Assembly: GCA_028534125.1 (NCBI GenBank)
Contig: CM052818.1
Location: 21,454,001 to 21,518,000 of the forward strand
Reading direction: 5' to 3'
Length of the DNA: 64,000 nt
Source of the DNA: Lama glama
Taxonomy: Eukaryota
Both the position numbers and the translations under genes were made by a program. The notes under the pieces are model-generated. The model was given only the letters and a program-made list of their open reading frames with translations, had not been told where the DNA came from and did no database searches. Positions 49,650 to 62,460 of this stretch are shown piece after piece; positions within the stretch are counted from its first letter, which is position 1; each line of letters opens with the position of its first letter.

Positions 49650-52600
49650 TGACCCCAAACTATAAAAAACTAGACAAAATATATGAAATCACTGCTTTCA
49701 GCTATTGGACAACAGGCAGCACAGGACTGTGATCTCCAGGAGAAGGGAGAAAAATGCAGTGAGTCTTATGATCACTCCGAGTAGAATGTGGATGACTTGC
49801 TGAGCTGAGGAGGTAGAGATGGAATCAAGGGAGGCTGAGGTGGCTGGAATTTGCAGGACAGAATACTAGGGAGGACAGAGCTATGCAGAAGAAGAGATTC
49901 AGAAATTGGTACTGGGTCCTCCTTGAACCTTTGCCTGAGCATTTATGGAGCTGTGCTTCCATAAAGTGACTCCAGGAAGCTAGACAAAGAATGCCAAGGT
50001 GGAAGATGTTCCAATTCCATCTAGGCATATTAGAGAGATATAACTAAATAATGGAGGCATTCAGTGAAAATCCCAAAACATAAGACCTTAGTAGTAAGGC
50101 TTAACTAGCCATAAAGTGAATGCTACTCTAGACATGCCCCAACAAAGCTTAAAAACAAAAACAAGCCTTGGAAGAATCGAGCTGATCCACAAGCAGCTTA
50201 ACTGACTCCAGTGAGAGAAAACAAAATTCAGACCTTCAACAGTGTGATGTTCATAACATCTTGCATCCTCAAAAACTTATTAGACTTGCAAAGAGGAAAA
50301 AAAGATGTGATCAAAAACAGAAGAAAATCTGATCAATAGAAACAGGCCCAGAAATGACAAGATAATGGATTTAGCAGAACAAAGAGTCATAAAAAGATAT
50401 TGCAAACATATCTGGGGATTAAAGAAAGACATAAAAATAATGGGAACAATGGAAATTATAAAAAAGGGATCAAATGAACTTATAGAGCCCAAAATACACT
50501 ACAACTGAGATTTTAAAAATTCACCAAATGGGGCTTAAAATCAGATTACTCAATGGCAGAAAAGATTGGTAATAGTGATAGAAACTCACCAAGTTGAAAG
50601 AGAGAAAAAAGGATGAAAAACAATTCAACAGAGCTTCAGTGATATGTGGGACAATATCAAGTAGTCCAACATATACATAATTGAAGCCCTCAAAATGACT
50701 GGGGAGAGAAATGTGAGAGAAATACATTCAAAGAAATAAGCCCCAAATTTGATGAAAATTATAAACCCAAACATATATGAGACCAGCAAACCCCAAGCAA
50801 GATAATTGCAAAGAAAGTCACAGTAAGGCACATCATAATCAAATTCCTGAAAACTGATAAAGAGAAAAATCTTAAAATTAGCCCTTCTCCTCCAAAAAGA
50901 CACAGTATATTCAGAAAAACAAAGATAAGAATTACTACTGACTCCTCATCAGAAATAATACAAACCAGGGAACAATGAAATGATATCTTTAAAATGTTAA
51001 AGAAAAAAAGCTATCAAACTAAAAGTCTCCAAAAGAAAAGAAAAGGAAAGGAAAAGAAAAGAAAGAAAGAAAGGAAGAAAACTAACTAGAAGTCTTTATT
51101 CAGAGAAGCGTGTTAAAGGAAAAAAATGCCATCAACCTAAAATTCCATGTCCAGTGAAAAGAAACTCCAATAATGAAGGGAAAAACAAAGCTTTTTTCCT
51201 GACAAACAGAAGATGACAGAAGTGATTGCCAGCCAACCTGCATAATACGAGATGATTAAAGAAGATCTTCAAGTGAAAGGAAATTACATTACATAGAAAT
51301 GCTTATCTACATAAGTGAATGAAGAACACTGGAAATGGTAAATATATGGGTAAGTACGAACATTTTTCTGTTTTTAAGTTGCTTTAAAAGATAGCCATTT
51401 AAAACAAAAATAATAAGAATGTATTAGGAGGTTTATGACACATGGAGAAGTAAAATGTGTGATATCAATAGTGTAAGGGGAGGTGGAAAGAGTGAAAATA
51501 CATTCTTGAAGGTTCTAATATTATATATGAAGTAGTATAAATACTATTTGAAGACAGATATTAGTTAAAGTTCTATAGTTTAAATCTTAGAGCAAACATT
51601 AAACAGAAAGTTTAGTCACTAAGCCAATAGTAGAAAAAAAAATGTAATGCTCAAAAAATAATCAAAATAAAAGAAGACAGGAAGAAAAAGAATAAATGTG
51701 ACATATAGGTCAATGGAGCAAAAGAGAATCCAGGAAGAGATCTGAACACTTAGGGTCAACTGATATCCAACAAAGATGAAAAGGTAATACAACGGGGGAA
51801 AAGGAAAGTCTTTTCAACAAACAATGCCATAACAACTGGATATCAGTATGGGAGGAAAAAAATGAACTTTCACCCCTATATCACACCATATTAAAAATAA
51901 AATCCAAATGTATAACATTCCTAAACAGAAAAGCCAGTATTTTAAACTTCTAGATGAAAACATAGGAGAATAAGTTTCATGATGGTAGCAAAGATTAATT
52001 AGGACACAAAAGGCACTAGCTAAAAAAGAAAAATAAATAAATAAAGATAACTTAGACTTCATCAAAATTAAAAACTTCTGCTCTTCAAAAACCATCATTA
52101 AGAAAATGAAAAGGCAAGCCCCAGAAAGGGACATGTTTACAATTTATATATCAAACAAATGACTTTTTTCCAGTTTATATAAAGAAGTCTTACAATGTGA
52201 TTAAAAAGAAGGTATACAATTCAATTAGAAACTACACAAAAAATTTAAACAAAATCTTTACATTTCACAAAAGAAGATATACTAACACATGAAAAGGTGT
52301 CAACACCAGTATTCATCAGCGAAATGCAAATATAAGTCATAATGAGGTAACATTACCAAGCCATTATAATGGCTAAAATTAAAAAGACTGGTCATATCAA
52401 GTATTAGTGAGAATGTGAAGCAACAGAAACTCATACATTGCCAGTGGGAATGTAAAATGGTACAACCACTTTGAAAAAACAGTTTGGCAGTTCCTTAAAG
52501 AGTTAAACTTATACCATACGTATTATATTGATCCAGCCATTCCAATTCTGATATTTATCCAAGAATAATGAAAACTTATGTCCATAAAAGATCCTGTACG

Positions 52601-53102
52601 CAAAGGTTCCTAAATGTTCCTAACAGCTTTATTCACAACAGCCTCAAACTGGAAACAATCCAACTGTTTATCAACAGGTGAATAAATGAACAAACTCTAG
52701 TATATACTCATATAATGGAATACTACTCCAAAATTTTAAAAGGCTGAATTACTGATACATAACAATATGGGTAAATCTGAAAAAAACAATGACTTGAGGG
52801 GAACAAGGTACCTACAAAAGATTGCATACTATATAATTCCATTTATATAGAATTCTAGAACAGGTTAAACTAATCTTTAGAGATAACACACAGATCTCTA
52901 GTTTCCTGGGGCTGGGGCTGGAGGTTGACAAAAGGGACATAAGGAAACTTTTCAGAGTGATGAAAACATTTTATAACTCAATTGGAGTAGTGATTACGCA
53001 GTTTTAAACATTTGTTAAAACCCACTGAGATGTATATTTAAAATGGGTACATTCATCTGTACATTGTACATTTATAAGGTTGATTTTTTAAAGTTAAAAA
53101 AA
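49650..53102 (+). mobile_element. Old L1 (L1MC/L1MD-type): 5' UTR, ORF1, ORF2 C-terminus and 3' UTR; most of ORF2 missing
   Basis: ORF1-like DMWDNIK*SNIYII (from 50641) and RHIIIKFLKTDKEK (from 50826); ORF2-like LDFIKIKNFCSSKTIIKKMKRQA (52052-52120); gtgggaatgtaaaatggtacaaccactttg; 3' UTR ending tttaaaatgggtac...aaggttgattttttaaagttaaaaaaa. Confidence 0.88.
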
Positions 53103-53283
53103 GCATTGGACATAAATAAGTGGAAGTTTTCCTTGCCATCTAGCATACTAGGAGGAATGAGAAACCAAGGCCATTTTGAAACCAAAATGAATAATTTCAT
53201 AGTTTACCTTGGATTATACCTTATCTTTACCTTTGCCTGCTTGGAGATTGTGGACTCTGCTAGAGAATGATTTATATAAATAA

Positions 53284-53950
53284 CTCCACCATCCACCTTA
53301 CTGTTCAAGCCAATAACTTAGAAGTCATACTTGATTCTTACCTTTCCTTCACCATCCCCTCACAACAAATCTATCACCATGTCCTCCTTTGAATTCCCAA
53401 ACTATATCTAGAATTCTTTTATTTCATGCCATTACTACAGCCACCACCACAATCCAATCTAATTTTTCAATTAGAATAATGCAATTATCTTTTATCAACC
53501 TTTCCTCATTCCATTCTTGGCCTTCTAACAATTTATTCTCTATGAAACAAAAAGTAATCTTCATAAAACACAAATTAGATCACGCTGTTCCTCTGGTTAA
53601 AACTCTCCAGTGGCCTCCCACTGCACTTAGAATAAAGTGCATACCCTTTACGGTGGCCTGCTAGGCCCCAATATGATGCTGGCTCAGCCATCTCCCCAAC
53701 TCCATTTGAGTCATTCTCTCTCTTCTTGCTACACTTCAGCCTTCACTGGTTTCCTTTCATTCCTCAAAAGACCAAATAATTTCCTTCTTTCAGGGCCTCT
53801 GCACTAATTTCCTCTGCCTAGAATGTGTTTTCCCAGTTTTTCACTTGACTCATCCTTTAGATCTCAGGTCAAACGTCACTTCTTAGAGAGGCCTTCCCAG
53901 ACCAACCTATGTAAGGAAGGTTCCTCCAGTTCCTTATGCTACTTATCACA
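53284..53950 (+). mobile_element. L2 (L2a-like) 3' region
   Basis: accatccacc...caagcc...gtcatacttgattc; aaaactctccagtggcctcccactgcacttagaataaa; cagggcctctgcact...cctctgcctagaatg; tcagg tcaaacgtcacttcttagagaggccttcc. Confidence 0.85.
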
Positions 53951-53979
53951 ATCAGGAACAAAAGTAAAGCCTTGGAAAG

Positions 53980-54228
53980 ATAGCAAAAACCACTACTATA
54001 TATATTGTGATTTCTCCTGTGCCAGCCTCTGTTCATAGAACTTTATATATATTCAGTGACTTAATCCTCTTTGCAACCCTAGAGGCAAGAATATTAGAAT
54101 TCTCATTTTACAGATGAGAAAACTGAAGCACAGAGGAGCTGAAAAACTTGCCCAAGGACACACAGTCAGGAAAGGGTGGAGCCTGAATTCTAAACCAGGC
54201 AATCTGGCTTCAGAGTTCATGGCCTAAA
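53980..54228 (-). mobile_element. MIR SINE, near full length
   Basis: ttaatcctc...caaccct...cattttacagatgagaaaactgaagcacagag...aacttgcccaaggacacacag...aaaccaggcaatctggcttcagag. Confidence 0.9.
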
Positions 54229-54849
54229 AACATTAATCTTGTTAGAAGAAGGAACTTTTTTTTTTTTTTGAGACAGAGGGAAGGAATTAAAAATTAATAA
54301 AGATACTTTTAAATTAGGAAAAAGAAAGGACATTTGAAACAATTCATGACGATTGTCCTTTCTTAGAGAACCGAATTCGAAGTTATCTATTATTCCTAAT
54401 GATATTGACTGGAGGCCAGTTTGGGGAATTGAGGAAAGAAGTATGGATTTGAAATAGCTCCTGTGGGGAATAGGTAAACTGACCACCAGGCAGTACCAAG
54501 GGGTCACATGAGGCTGGAAATCATAAATATAATAGTGCCATCAACAGTTACGCATTTGCCTTTAGTGGCATTTAACAGTCCAGGAGCAGAGAAAACCAAT
54601 TGTTAGCTTTACATGCAGTTGGTGATTGGATGAAGAAGCATAAAAGAGGGTCAAAGGATGAGAGTTTTAGAGGTGTTGAAGAGAGTGCTATTGAAATGCT
54701 CAGCTAGGCTGGGCAGGATGAGGAGTCAAAAAGAAGCATCAAAGAACAATATGAAAATAGCTCTAAGGAGGAAAATGTGTGTGTTTAGAAAAAAGAAATA
54801 TATCAACATTTTAACCATTGGTAATTCTGTATAACAACAACAAGCAATA

Positions 54850-55137
54850 TCTGACTCTATCTTTGATGATATTGAGGAATTGTTCAGTCTTTTTAGATGT
54901 GTTAACAGTATTTTGGTTGTGTCATCTTTTAGCCAGATACTGAAATATGTATATAAAACTTAAAGCTTATCTTGAGTTTGCTTCAAAAGAATACAAGAGA
55001 AGACATGAATGGGGGTTTTGATGGCCAAGACTGGCCAGCCATGGATTTTATATATATATAATATATAATATATAATATATATATATATTATATAGCCATG
55101 GATTGTTGGGACTGGGTGATGATTACATGGGGTTCTG
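54850..55137 (+). mobile_element. Old L1 (L1MC-type) 3' UTR fragment with inserted AT repeat
   Basis: tttgatgatattgaggaattgtt...tttagatgtg...atactgaaatat...tttgcttcaaaa...caagactggcca...ctgggtgatgattacatggggttc. Confidence 0.7.
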
Positions 55138-58100
55138 ACCAAACATGGATATCTTAAAAAGTAGCAAGGAGAATCCATTTGAAAATATGATCTGATGTTG
55201 AAAGATTTACATTCTACACATTATAATTGCTATCCAGAGCAGTGTATATGTATGAAACCATAGGGTCATATTTCCAAATCCAGTGTTAACTATGTATACC
55301 AAAGATGCTCTGTTTATAAATCAAAGTCTACTGAAAGGACTTAACTACTGTAGATCACCAAAGCACTAGCTACAAAATTTTAAGTCTAATTCAGCAAAAG
55401 AGTACTTTCTAGCAGCCTGAAATAATTTATACATGTGAAATATTTTCATTTCCACCCCTTTAAAGGGGTCAGTAATTACCAACTGATAGCACCAGAATGT
55501 CTAGAACTTTGTCACAAAATATGAACTATAAACATGCACATATGTGTTTACAGACGCATATGAACACACCTGCACAAATATAATCAGCTAAAATCATTCT
55601 TGCTTATAAAAATGTAAGAGTTAGGTCCAACAAATCGTAAATTATTATAAATGAGTTACGTGTCACATAACTCGGCTAAATATCAAAAACTTTAAATCAG
55701 AAATCTCAATTATCTGTATAATGTAGACGTATGCCCATAACAGTCTTCTGAGGTTAGCAGAAGTTAAGGCTGTTCAGTAATCTTTAAGTGCAAATGCAGA
55801 CTTGAGTTACAGTATTTTTAATGTCTCAAACAAGTACCCTGGATAACTTTTTCAAGGTCAAAAATGAAGCTTCTCAAAGATACCCTGTTTTTATTATTCA
55901 AGACAAGGTTAACTGCATTAGTATTACATCTGTGGTTCCATTCTTGTGTTTATATCCCTTCCATTCTACGCTGCCTCAGTTCCTTGGATAAAAGGGCATG
56001 GAGTAAAAACAACGGCACCCTTCCCCATCCCCGTGGTCCCCAAACTATTACGAGAAGTAAGTAGATCTGAATATACAGTAGTCTGGAAGAGAAGCAGGAT
56101 GTCAAAAAGGCTCTTTAACTTTATCATAAATGAAGTAATCAATAACTGCATGAAACACTGTCATCAATTATATATGAAATAGAATAAAAGGTAGTTGTAC
56201 AAAATAACTGCTTAGAGAAGCAAAAAAATAAAATAAAATAAAAAGTAGGTAGAAGCACTGAGAGCCTTACTGCTGAACTCTGCAGAAGGCGCCTTCAAAT
56301 AAATATTTCAAACCTTCACATGAATATTTTAAGCATGACAACTACACATAAACACACAGCCAAAGTGCTCAAATCCACTCAAGAAAGACTATTAAGTCAT
56401 CAACTTGCTCCTGACAGGATCCACTGAATATGGCAACAGTGAGAAGTCAGGAGACAGTTGGAATCATTTCAAGACTGCTAATTTAACTTGTCTTAAAACC
56501 AACCAATGCTCAACGTGTCATCATCAATGTCATCTCATCGCAGTCTGAAAAGCCTTCGACCTAAAGCAAAAAGGTCCCCAAGTGCCACCCTTCTTGTCTA
56601 CTGGTTGAAAATCTAATTGGTTCTGCTGACAGGCTTGGGAATTGGTAGGAAGGCTGTTCAGTTAATCTCCAAGGGCCAGCAAAGAGCTCAGTATCCATCT
56701 CTGAGCTTTGCTCCCTGGCTGTCGTAAAATGACTCTGATGGCAGTGCAAGCTCTTATGCTTCAGCTGTCTTCTGACTTCTGTTAAGTCAAATTCAATAAA
56801 GTTTGTCACTCAATAATCTGAGAGCTACCCAACAAAACCTCTTTGATCAATAACAGCTTGCCTGCTTGCACTTGGGAAGGTGACCTATTAAAGATTAAAA
56901 ACACACCTGCTGCTTGAAGCAGAGAACATCTTTTTATTACTTTTAAATGAAAATTCATCCATTAAAAGCAGTTTAACTATTAAAAGTGTACATAAAGCAT
57001 TGCATGGGAGAAATAGGAATGAGATAAAGAGAACAGCTCAGACATCATACTTTCTTGATGTCTGACTAAAGGAAAGTTTGATGTTTGTATGCTTCTGCTA
57101 GATTTGCTTCTTACATAAGCCACCTTAATCCCATTTTTTTTGCATTTCAAGATCACACATTTATTTGTTGCCTGTGTATAGACAAAGCACTGGTATTGTA
57201 ACATTTATTCAATCTTCAATCAAAACAAAGTAATCCCCTGTCCTATGTCATCTCCCTTTCCACAGAAACATCATGAATGCTCATGCAGGGGAAATGCACT
57301 GTATTTTTTAAAGTAACAACTCTCTTTATTTAATGGGTTTTCCTCACTTGTCCACATACATTAGATCAGGTAGTGATAAGTCAGAACTCCAGGTAACTTC
57401 CAAATTAAGAGACACAGCTCAGTGAGCCCAGGGTGCAACAAAAATTATTGGGGAAAAGTAAAGAAATGTTAATATTTACATCACACGCTCAAGCTTCCCA
57501 TCTTGATGATTAAAACTCTCTTAGAATTTTAATAAAAGAATTTAATAGAACATTCCTGTAGCATTTAAAGTTTAGTCAAGATTTGTTCTTTTTTAAAAAA
57601 ATATAAAACTATATAACTTTTTCAAATTTTTTACCGAAGAGCAAAGAGCAGCGTAGCTTGGGCCTTTTCTCTAAGGAATGCATGTTTAGGATGCATGTTG
57701 CTTACAATCCAACAGTAATCATTGAAATGCATTATCATATTACAAAGGACATGATATAAATAGAATAAGATAAAAACTTTTACAGAGCCACAATTATGGG
57801 TCAGTATTAATGAAAGGTCCTGTGAGGATGTGACTTGGAGTTTCCTGATTGTCAGCTGCTGTCATCATGTAGCAGATGAATTTCCCTGTAGAGACAAGCA
57901 CGTCCATCTCTGAATGTATATCTATCAAACCAGTCTCTCGTGCGGGTATTTTTCATAAAGTTTAAACATGTTTATATTGTAAGCCATTAATTTTCTCCCA
58001 CGACATTCAAGGGACTATCACATAGGACATATGTGACAGGGAGATATGGATTACATCTCCAGCAGCCTCTAATAATTTCATCAGAGTCTCTTTGAACTCT

Positions 58101-58859
58101 GCAGCTTTTTCCTGATCTGAATTAATCACTTCTCCCCTTCATTGGCTATTATCTCCTTAGTTTTGTGCTTCTGGCTTTCCAGTTTCTATTTGAAATGTCT
58201 TCATCAAAGCAGCTGCATACAGAAACATGAGTTCATTTCTGCTTCTGTTTGTTTCCTCCTGATTTGTGTGATATGCATAGATCAAGGTTTTTAACTCCTG
58301 GATGTAGCAACACATAAAGTCCAGAAAGGCCAACCTAATCTAATTAAGGTTTTCTGACTAAAATAAGGTAATTCTTCATGTCAGTTGAACCCTGGGATGA
58401 GGTGACTCATTTTACAGGATATCTTGGTTTGCTCAAATGTATAGTTATAATGAGGTTGAGCTGAGGACAAGAAACATTACTGTTTGTGATCGCCTTCACC
58501 AAGAAATGATCACCTTTCCTGGTGAATCAAAAAAATATATAATGTTGAAGGTTCTTCTATTAGTATACATATGGCTTGTAATAGAAAAGCCTTTAAGTCA
58601 TCTAAATCAAATGACAAAATAAAGTGGGTTATAGAATATAAGAATTAGAGACAACAAAGGAATAAACAGTCACTTGAGCTCTTCTTCCACGGGGAGCAAT
58701 AGCTTGGTAGATAGATGCAAAATTTTTTATAGGTCTAAAATAAATTGGTGTGTGTACAGGCACCTTAGAGTATGTTTGTAAAAATACATTACAGCACTTT
58801 AAAATACCAACAAGAATTGAAGTGGACAACATTACTGTCTTTAATCTATATGTTAAACC

Positions 58860-59890
58860 CTGCCCAGACCATGCCTGTTAGCTCTCAAATGCAATATGCC
58901 CAACCATTTTCATCATCTTGCTTTAGGTTTAGCGCTTAAAAATCTTTATTTTTCTCAGTGAATGGTGTCATCATCCATCCAGCTGCCCCAGGCGGAAACC
59001 AGGGGTCTTCACTTTCCTTTGGTTACCACATCGAAGCAATCGCCAAGTTCTGGTGAGTCTTTTCCTTTGAAATCTCTCTCAGTCTGCATACTTTTCTCCA
59101 TTCCCTTGGCTGGGAGCAATCAAAGTTCGGGAACTAATCATACCTTACCTTGATTACTGCTCTTCCCCAACCCTGAATCACGGAGAATGGAGTCTGAATG
59201 AATCTAATTCATTCTCCATGGGGCAGCTAGATCTGTCACTGCCATGCTTAAACTTCTTCAGTGGTTCCCCACTGCCATCAAGACAAAGCCAAGCTCCTTA
59301 AAATGGTTTGCAAGGCCCTTTGTGATCTGGTCTCTGCGTCCTCTCCAGAATCATGTCTCAGTATGGCTCCACATACACCCCAAAGTTGCCCCTTTCTTTT
59401 AGATCATCAATCTGCCACTACTGTCCCCTCTCCCACCCAGCCTGCTACTGCCATCCCCTAACTAACTCCAACCAGCCATTCAGTCTCCTTGCTGCTCTAT
59501 GAGCACACCAGTGACTTTCACCTCAGGAAGTTTTCATGTGGTATTCTTTCTGCCTGGAATATTCTTTCATTCTGGAGGGTCACAGGGCTTGTTCCCTTCA
59601 TGGCTTGTCAGCATTTTATTCAAATGTCTCCTAACTGAAGCTTTTCTGGACCTCCCTATGTCAAATGGCAAGCTATGCCTCCCAACTCCAGGATACCCCA
59701 CCTGTAACCCTGCCTTATTTTTCTCCGATGCACTTTTCATGATCTGTTGTACTCTATATTTTTTTGATTTATTTATCTTTTGTTTATCTTGCTCATACAA
59801 ATACAGATTGAATGAAGACAGAAAGTTTGTTCTATTTTGTTCTCTGGTTTATCTCGAGCATTTTGAATGTATCTGGAACACAGGCACAAA
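58860..59890 (+). mobile_element. L2 fragments
   Basis: tctcagtgaatggtgtcatcatccatccagctgccc; tgcttaaacttcttcagtggttccccactgcc; ctttctgcctggaat; tcaaatgtc...gaagcttttctggacc. Confidence 0.75.
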
Positions 59891-59921
59891 TCAGCACTCT
59901 ACGTGCATCCTCCCATGCCCT

Positions 59922-60158
59922 TTCAGGAGTCAGACTGCCTGACATGTATCATGGTCTCACCTCTTATTGTTTGTATGACCTCAGACAAATTATTTAATCT
60001 CTCTATGCCTCAGTTTTCTCATCTGTGAAAGAGAGAAAAGAAATTCCTAAGGATGTCGCGAGGGTTAATGAGATAATACATGAAACATATGTAGAACAGT
60101 GCTTAGGCTTCTAGGCAGTGCTCAGGAAATGTCAGCTGTTGTTATAACTATTACTACT
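59922..60158 (+). mobile_element. MIR SINE, near full length
   Basis: ggagtcagactgcctg...tgacctcagacaaattatttaatctctctatgcctcagttttctcatctgtgaaa...gagggttaatgagataatacatg. Confidence 0.9.
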
Positions 60159-60893
60159 GATTCATCTGTGAGCTCCTTGAGATGAGGGGATGTGACTTAT
60201 TCACCTTTTTATTCTCTGGTGAGTTAGACACAGTATTTTGCATATAGCCCAGTGATTTAAATATTAATTTTAACAACTGGTGCAGCATGGGGACCTGCGC
60301 AATCAGAATGATGCTGGTCTTCCCATTAGATTCACGTCCTGAAGACCCTCTGCTGTGCCTTTTATTTTCCTTTTATTTACTGGATCATAGGGAGATCCTG
60401 AGGTTTCTGGAAGAGGGTCTGGTATTTCCAGAGCATGGAATGTGGGGCATGGCACCCATGGCAGCACTATTTCCCAACTAGGGGAGAAATATTTCAGTAT
60501 TTTAATAACTGGTATACTTGTTCTGCTGTATACACTGCATATAGCTGATAGCACTGCATACAGTAGACATTCAAATACTAATTATACAAATAGAAAATAA
60601 ATATGTGAGTTAAATTTCACATCACTGACACTGCTATGTTACCAAAATAATGTCAAACACAGGAATCTTACATTGCTTCAATAGACTCACTGAAACCTCA
60701 TATAAATTTAAAAGAACCATGGATTCTTTATGTCCTTATATCCATCCATGTTCTCCTTTTCACCAGGATGCCTGCTGCCACATAATGTGTATGGAAGAAA
60801 TGAATATGCAGGCAGCAGACATAGTAGATTGACAAAGACCTATTCATATTTAGAGAAATCCTGATTTAGGCTTTAAAATCCAGTAATGTTAAT

Positions 60894-60897
<4 letters not shown>

Positions 60898-60929
<32 letters not shown>

Positions 60930-60970
60930 AAGAGGAAAGGGGAGAAAGAGAAAAAAAGAGAGGAAGAGAT
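60898..60970. repeat. (GA)n microsatellite and purine tract
   Basis: gagagagagagagagagagagagagag followed by GA-rich sequence. Confidence 0.9.
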
Positions 60971-61550
60971 TGAAAAGTGAGCTCAACAATAATTAAAATA
61001 ATCTTGCTAGTTATCAATTCAATGAGTTTTAAAATCACTTCTGAGGCTCTGTCATAATTGCAATAAACACGTTTCTTAAGTAACTTTGAAACCAACTCCT
61101 GAGTCAATCTTTCATTGGCACTTGGTCAATGATGTCAATGATTTTCTTCGCAGACTGGTTCAGTTGCAAGTAAGCCTTTTTCTATACCTATAATGGGAGC
61201 TAATGAAGTACTGGGCTATACTTCCAAAGCTCTGTAATTACTAAATAAATATTTCATCTTAAGAGTAAAAATACATTTCTAATTATCACACTATTTAGAG
61301 TAAGAGGAAACTACCAGTTCTAACATTCTACAATCAGTACTTCCTCAAAGTTAACTCTCTCCTCAGCTTTTTAAAAGTACTGCCTTTAGTCAATATGTAC
61401 ATCATTCCTGACAACTAAATCTATGGTGATGAATGTGATGCTACCTTTATTGATTGGCAGGGAGATAGGAGAAATTTTCTGGAAATCTTTAATTATTGGT
61501 AGCATATATTGACAGCTATTCCTCCTGAAAGTGGCAATATATACTGGGTT

Positions 61551-61688
61551 TTTTTGCTTTCATTCTTTGTTTTTTTGGCGGGAGGTAATTTGGTTTATTT
61601 ACTTATTTTTAATGCAGGTCCTGGGGATTGAACCCAGGACTTAATGCGTGCTAGGCTTGTGCTCCACCACTGAGCTATACCTTCTCTC
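61551..61688 (-). mobile_element. tRNA-Ala-derived camelid SINE (vic-1 type), more diverged
   Basis: ggaggtaatttggtttatttac...ctggggattgaacccaggacttaatgcgtgctaggcttgtgctccaccactgagctatacc; degenerate TSD tatactgggtt/tataatggtt. Confidence 0.88.
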
Positions 61689-62296
61689 TATAATGGTTAG
61701 TTTATTTCCTGAATCATCATTTCTCTGCATTAAGTTTCTTTTTTGTGTAATATTATCAAGTTTTGATCATTTTAATGACAACAGCTTCCTGTTAGTTTGC
61801 AAACACAGTTCTAATACATAAAGTTAAAGGACTTTTTAAATTACATATGGTACTACTGAGGCATCATGTACAGTTTATTTGAAAGTCACCCAGGCTTAAA
61901 GGGCTAAAGAAAATGAACTCCTTTTTGTGGGTCCTTCAGAACCCAAGGTTTTAAATTAAGTCTACTAGGGATAATGTAACTTTATGATTTCTTCATTTTT
62001 CACTACTAATTTTTGTCAAAATTGGTCCATATTCTCCTTAAAGTATCTAAGTATATATTCTTTCAATGGATTCAGCTGAACCATGGAATATGCTTTCAGG
62101 TACATAAGAAAGCCCAGCTTCAGATAATACCCTAGGACCGCCACCCTCCCTAAACCCATCCCGCTTTTGCTCTGATTACTGGTCCTAGCACTGTTTCTTG
62201 GACTCAGTTTGTTAAATGTTTGTAGCTTTAAGTCTACTAACCTTCTCGCCATTTGAGGAGGGTTAGAAAGTTTGGTTCTGTTTTATTCTTATCTGT

Positions 62297-62460
62297 CAGG
62301 ATTCTCAAAAATGGAGCTGTTGGGGCAGCTTCCAAGATTCCATGAATCCCTGAGATAGATGCAAACTTCTGTATGTAAACACGATTTTCCAAGGGAGAAA
62401 GCTCTATAGCTCGTATCAATTCTCTATAGAATCTCCAACTCAGAAAGGTTAAGAATTGTG
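62297..62460 (+). mobile_element. hAT-Charlie-type MITE
   Basis: caggattctcaa...ccatgaatccctgagatagatgcaaa...gggagaaagctctatagct...aaaggttaagaat. Confidence 0.6.

Noticed and set aside
59499..59942. 147-aa ORF
   Set aside because: Lies within L2 and MIR remnants; a chance open frame
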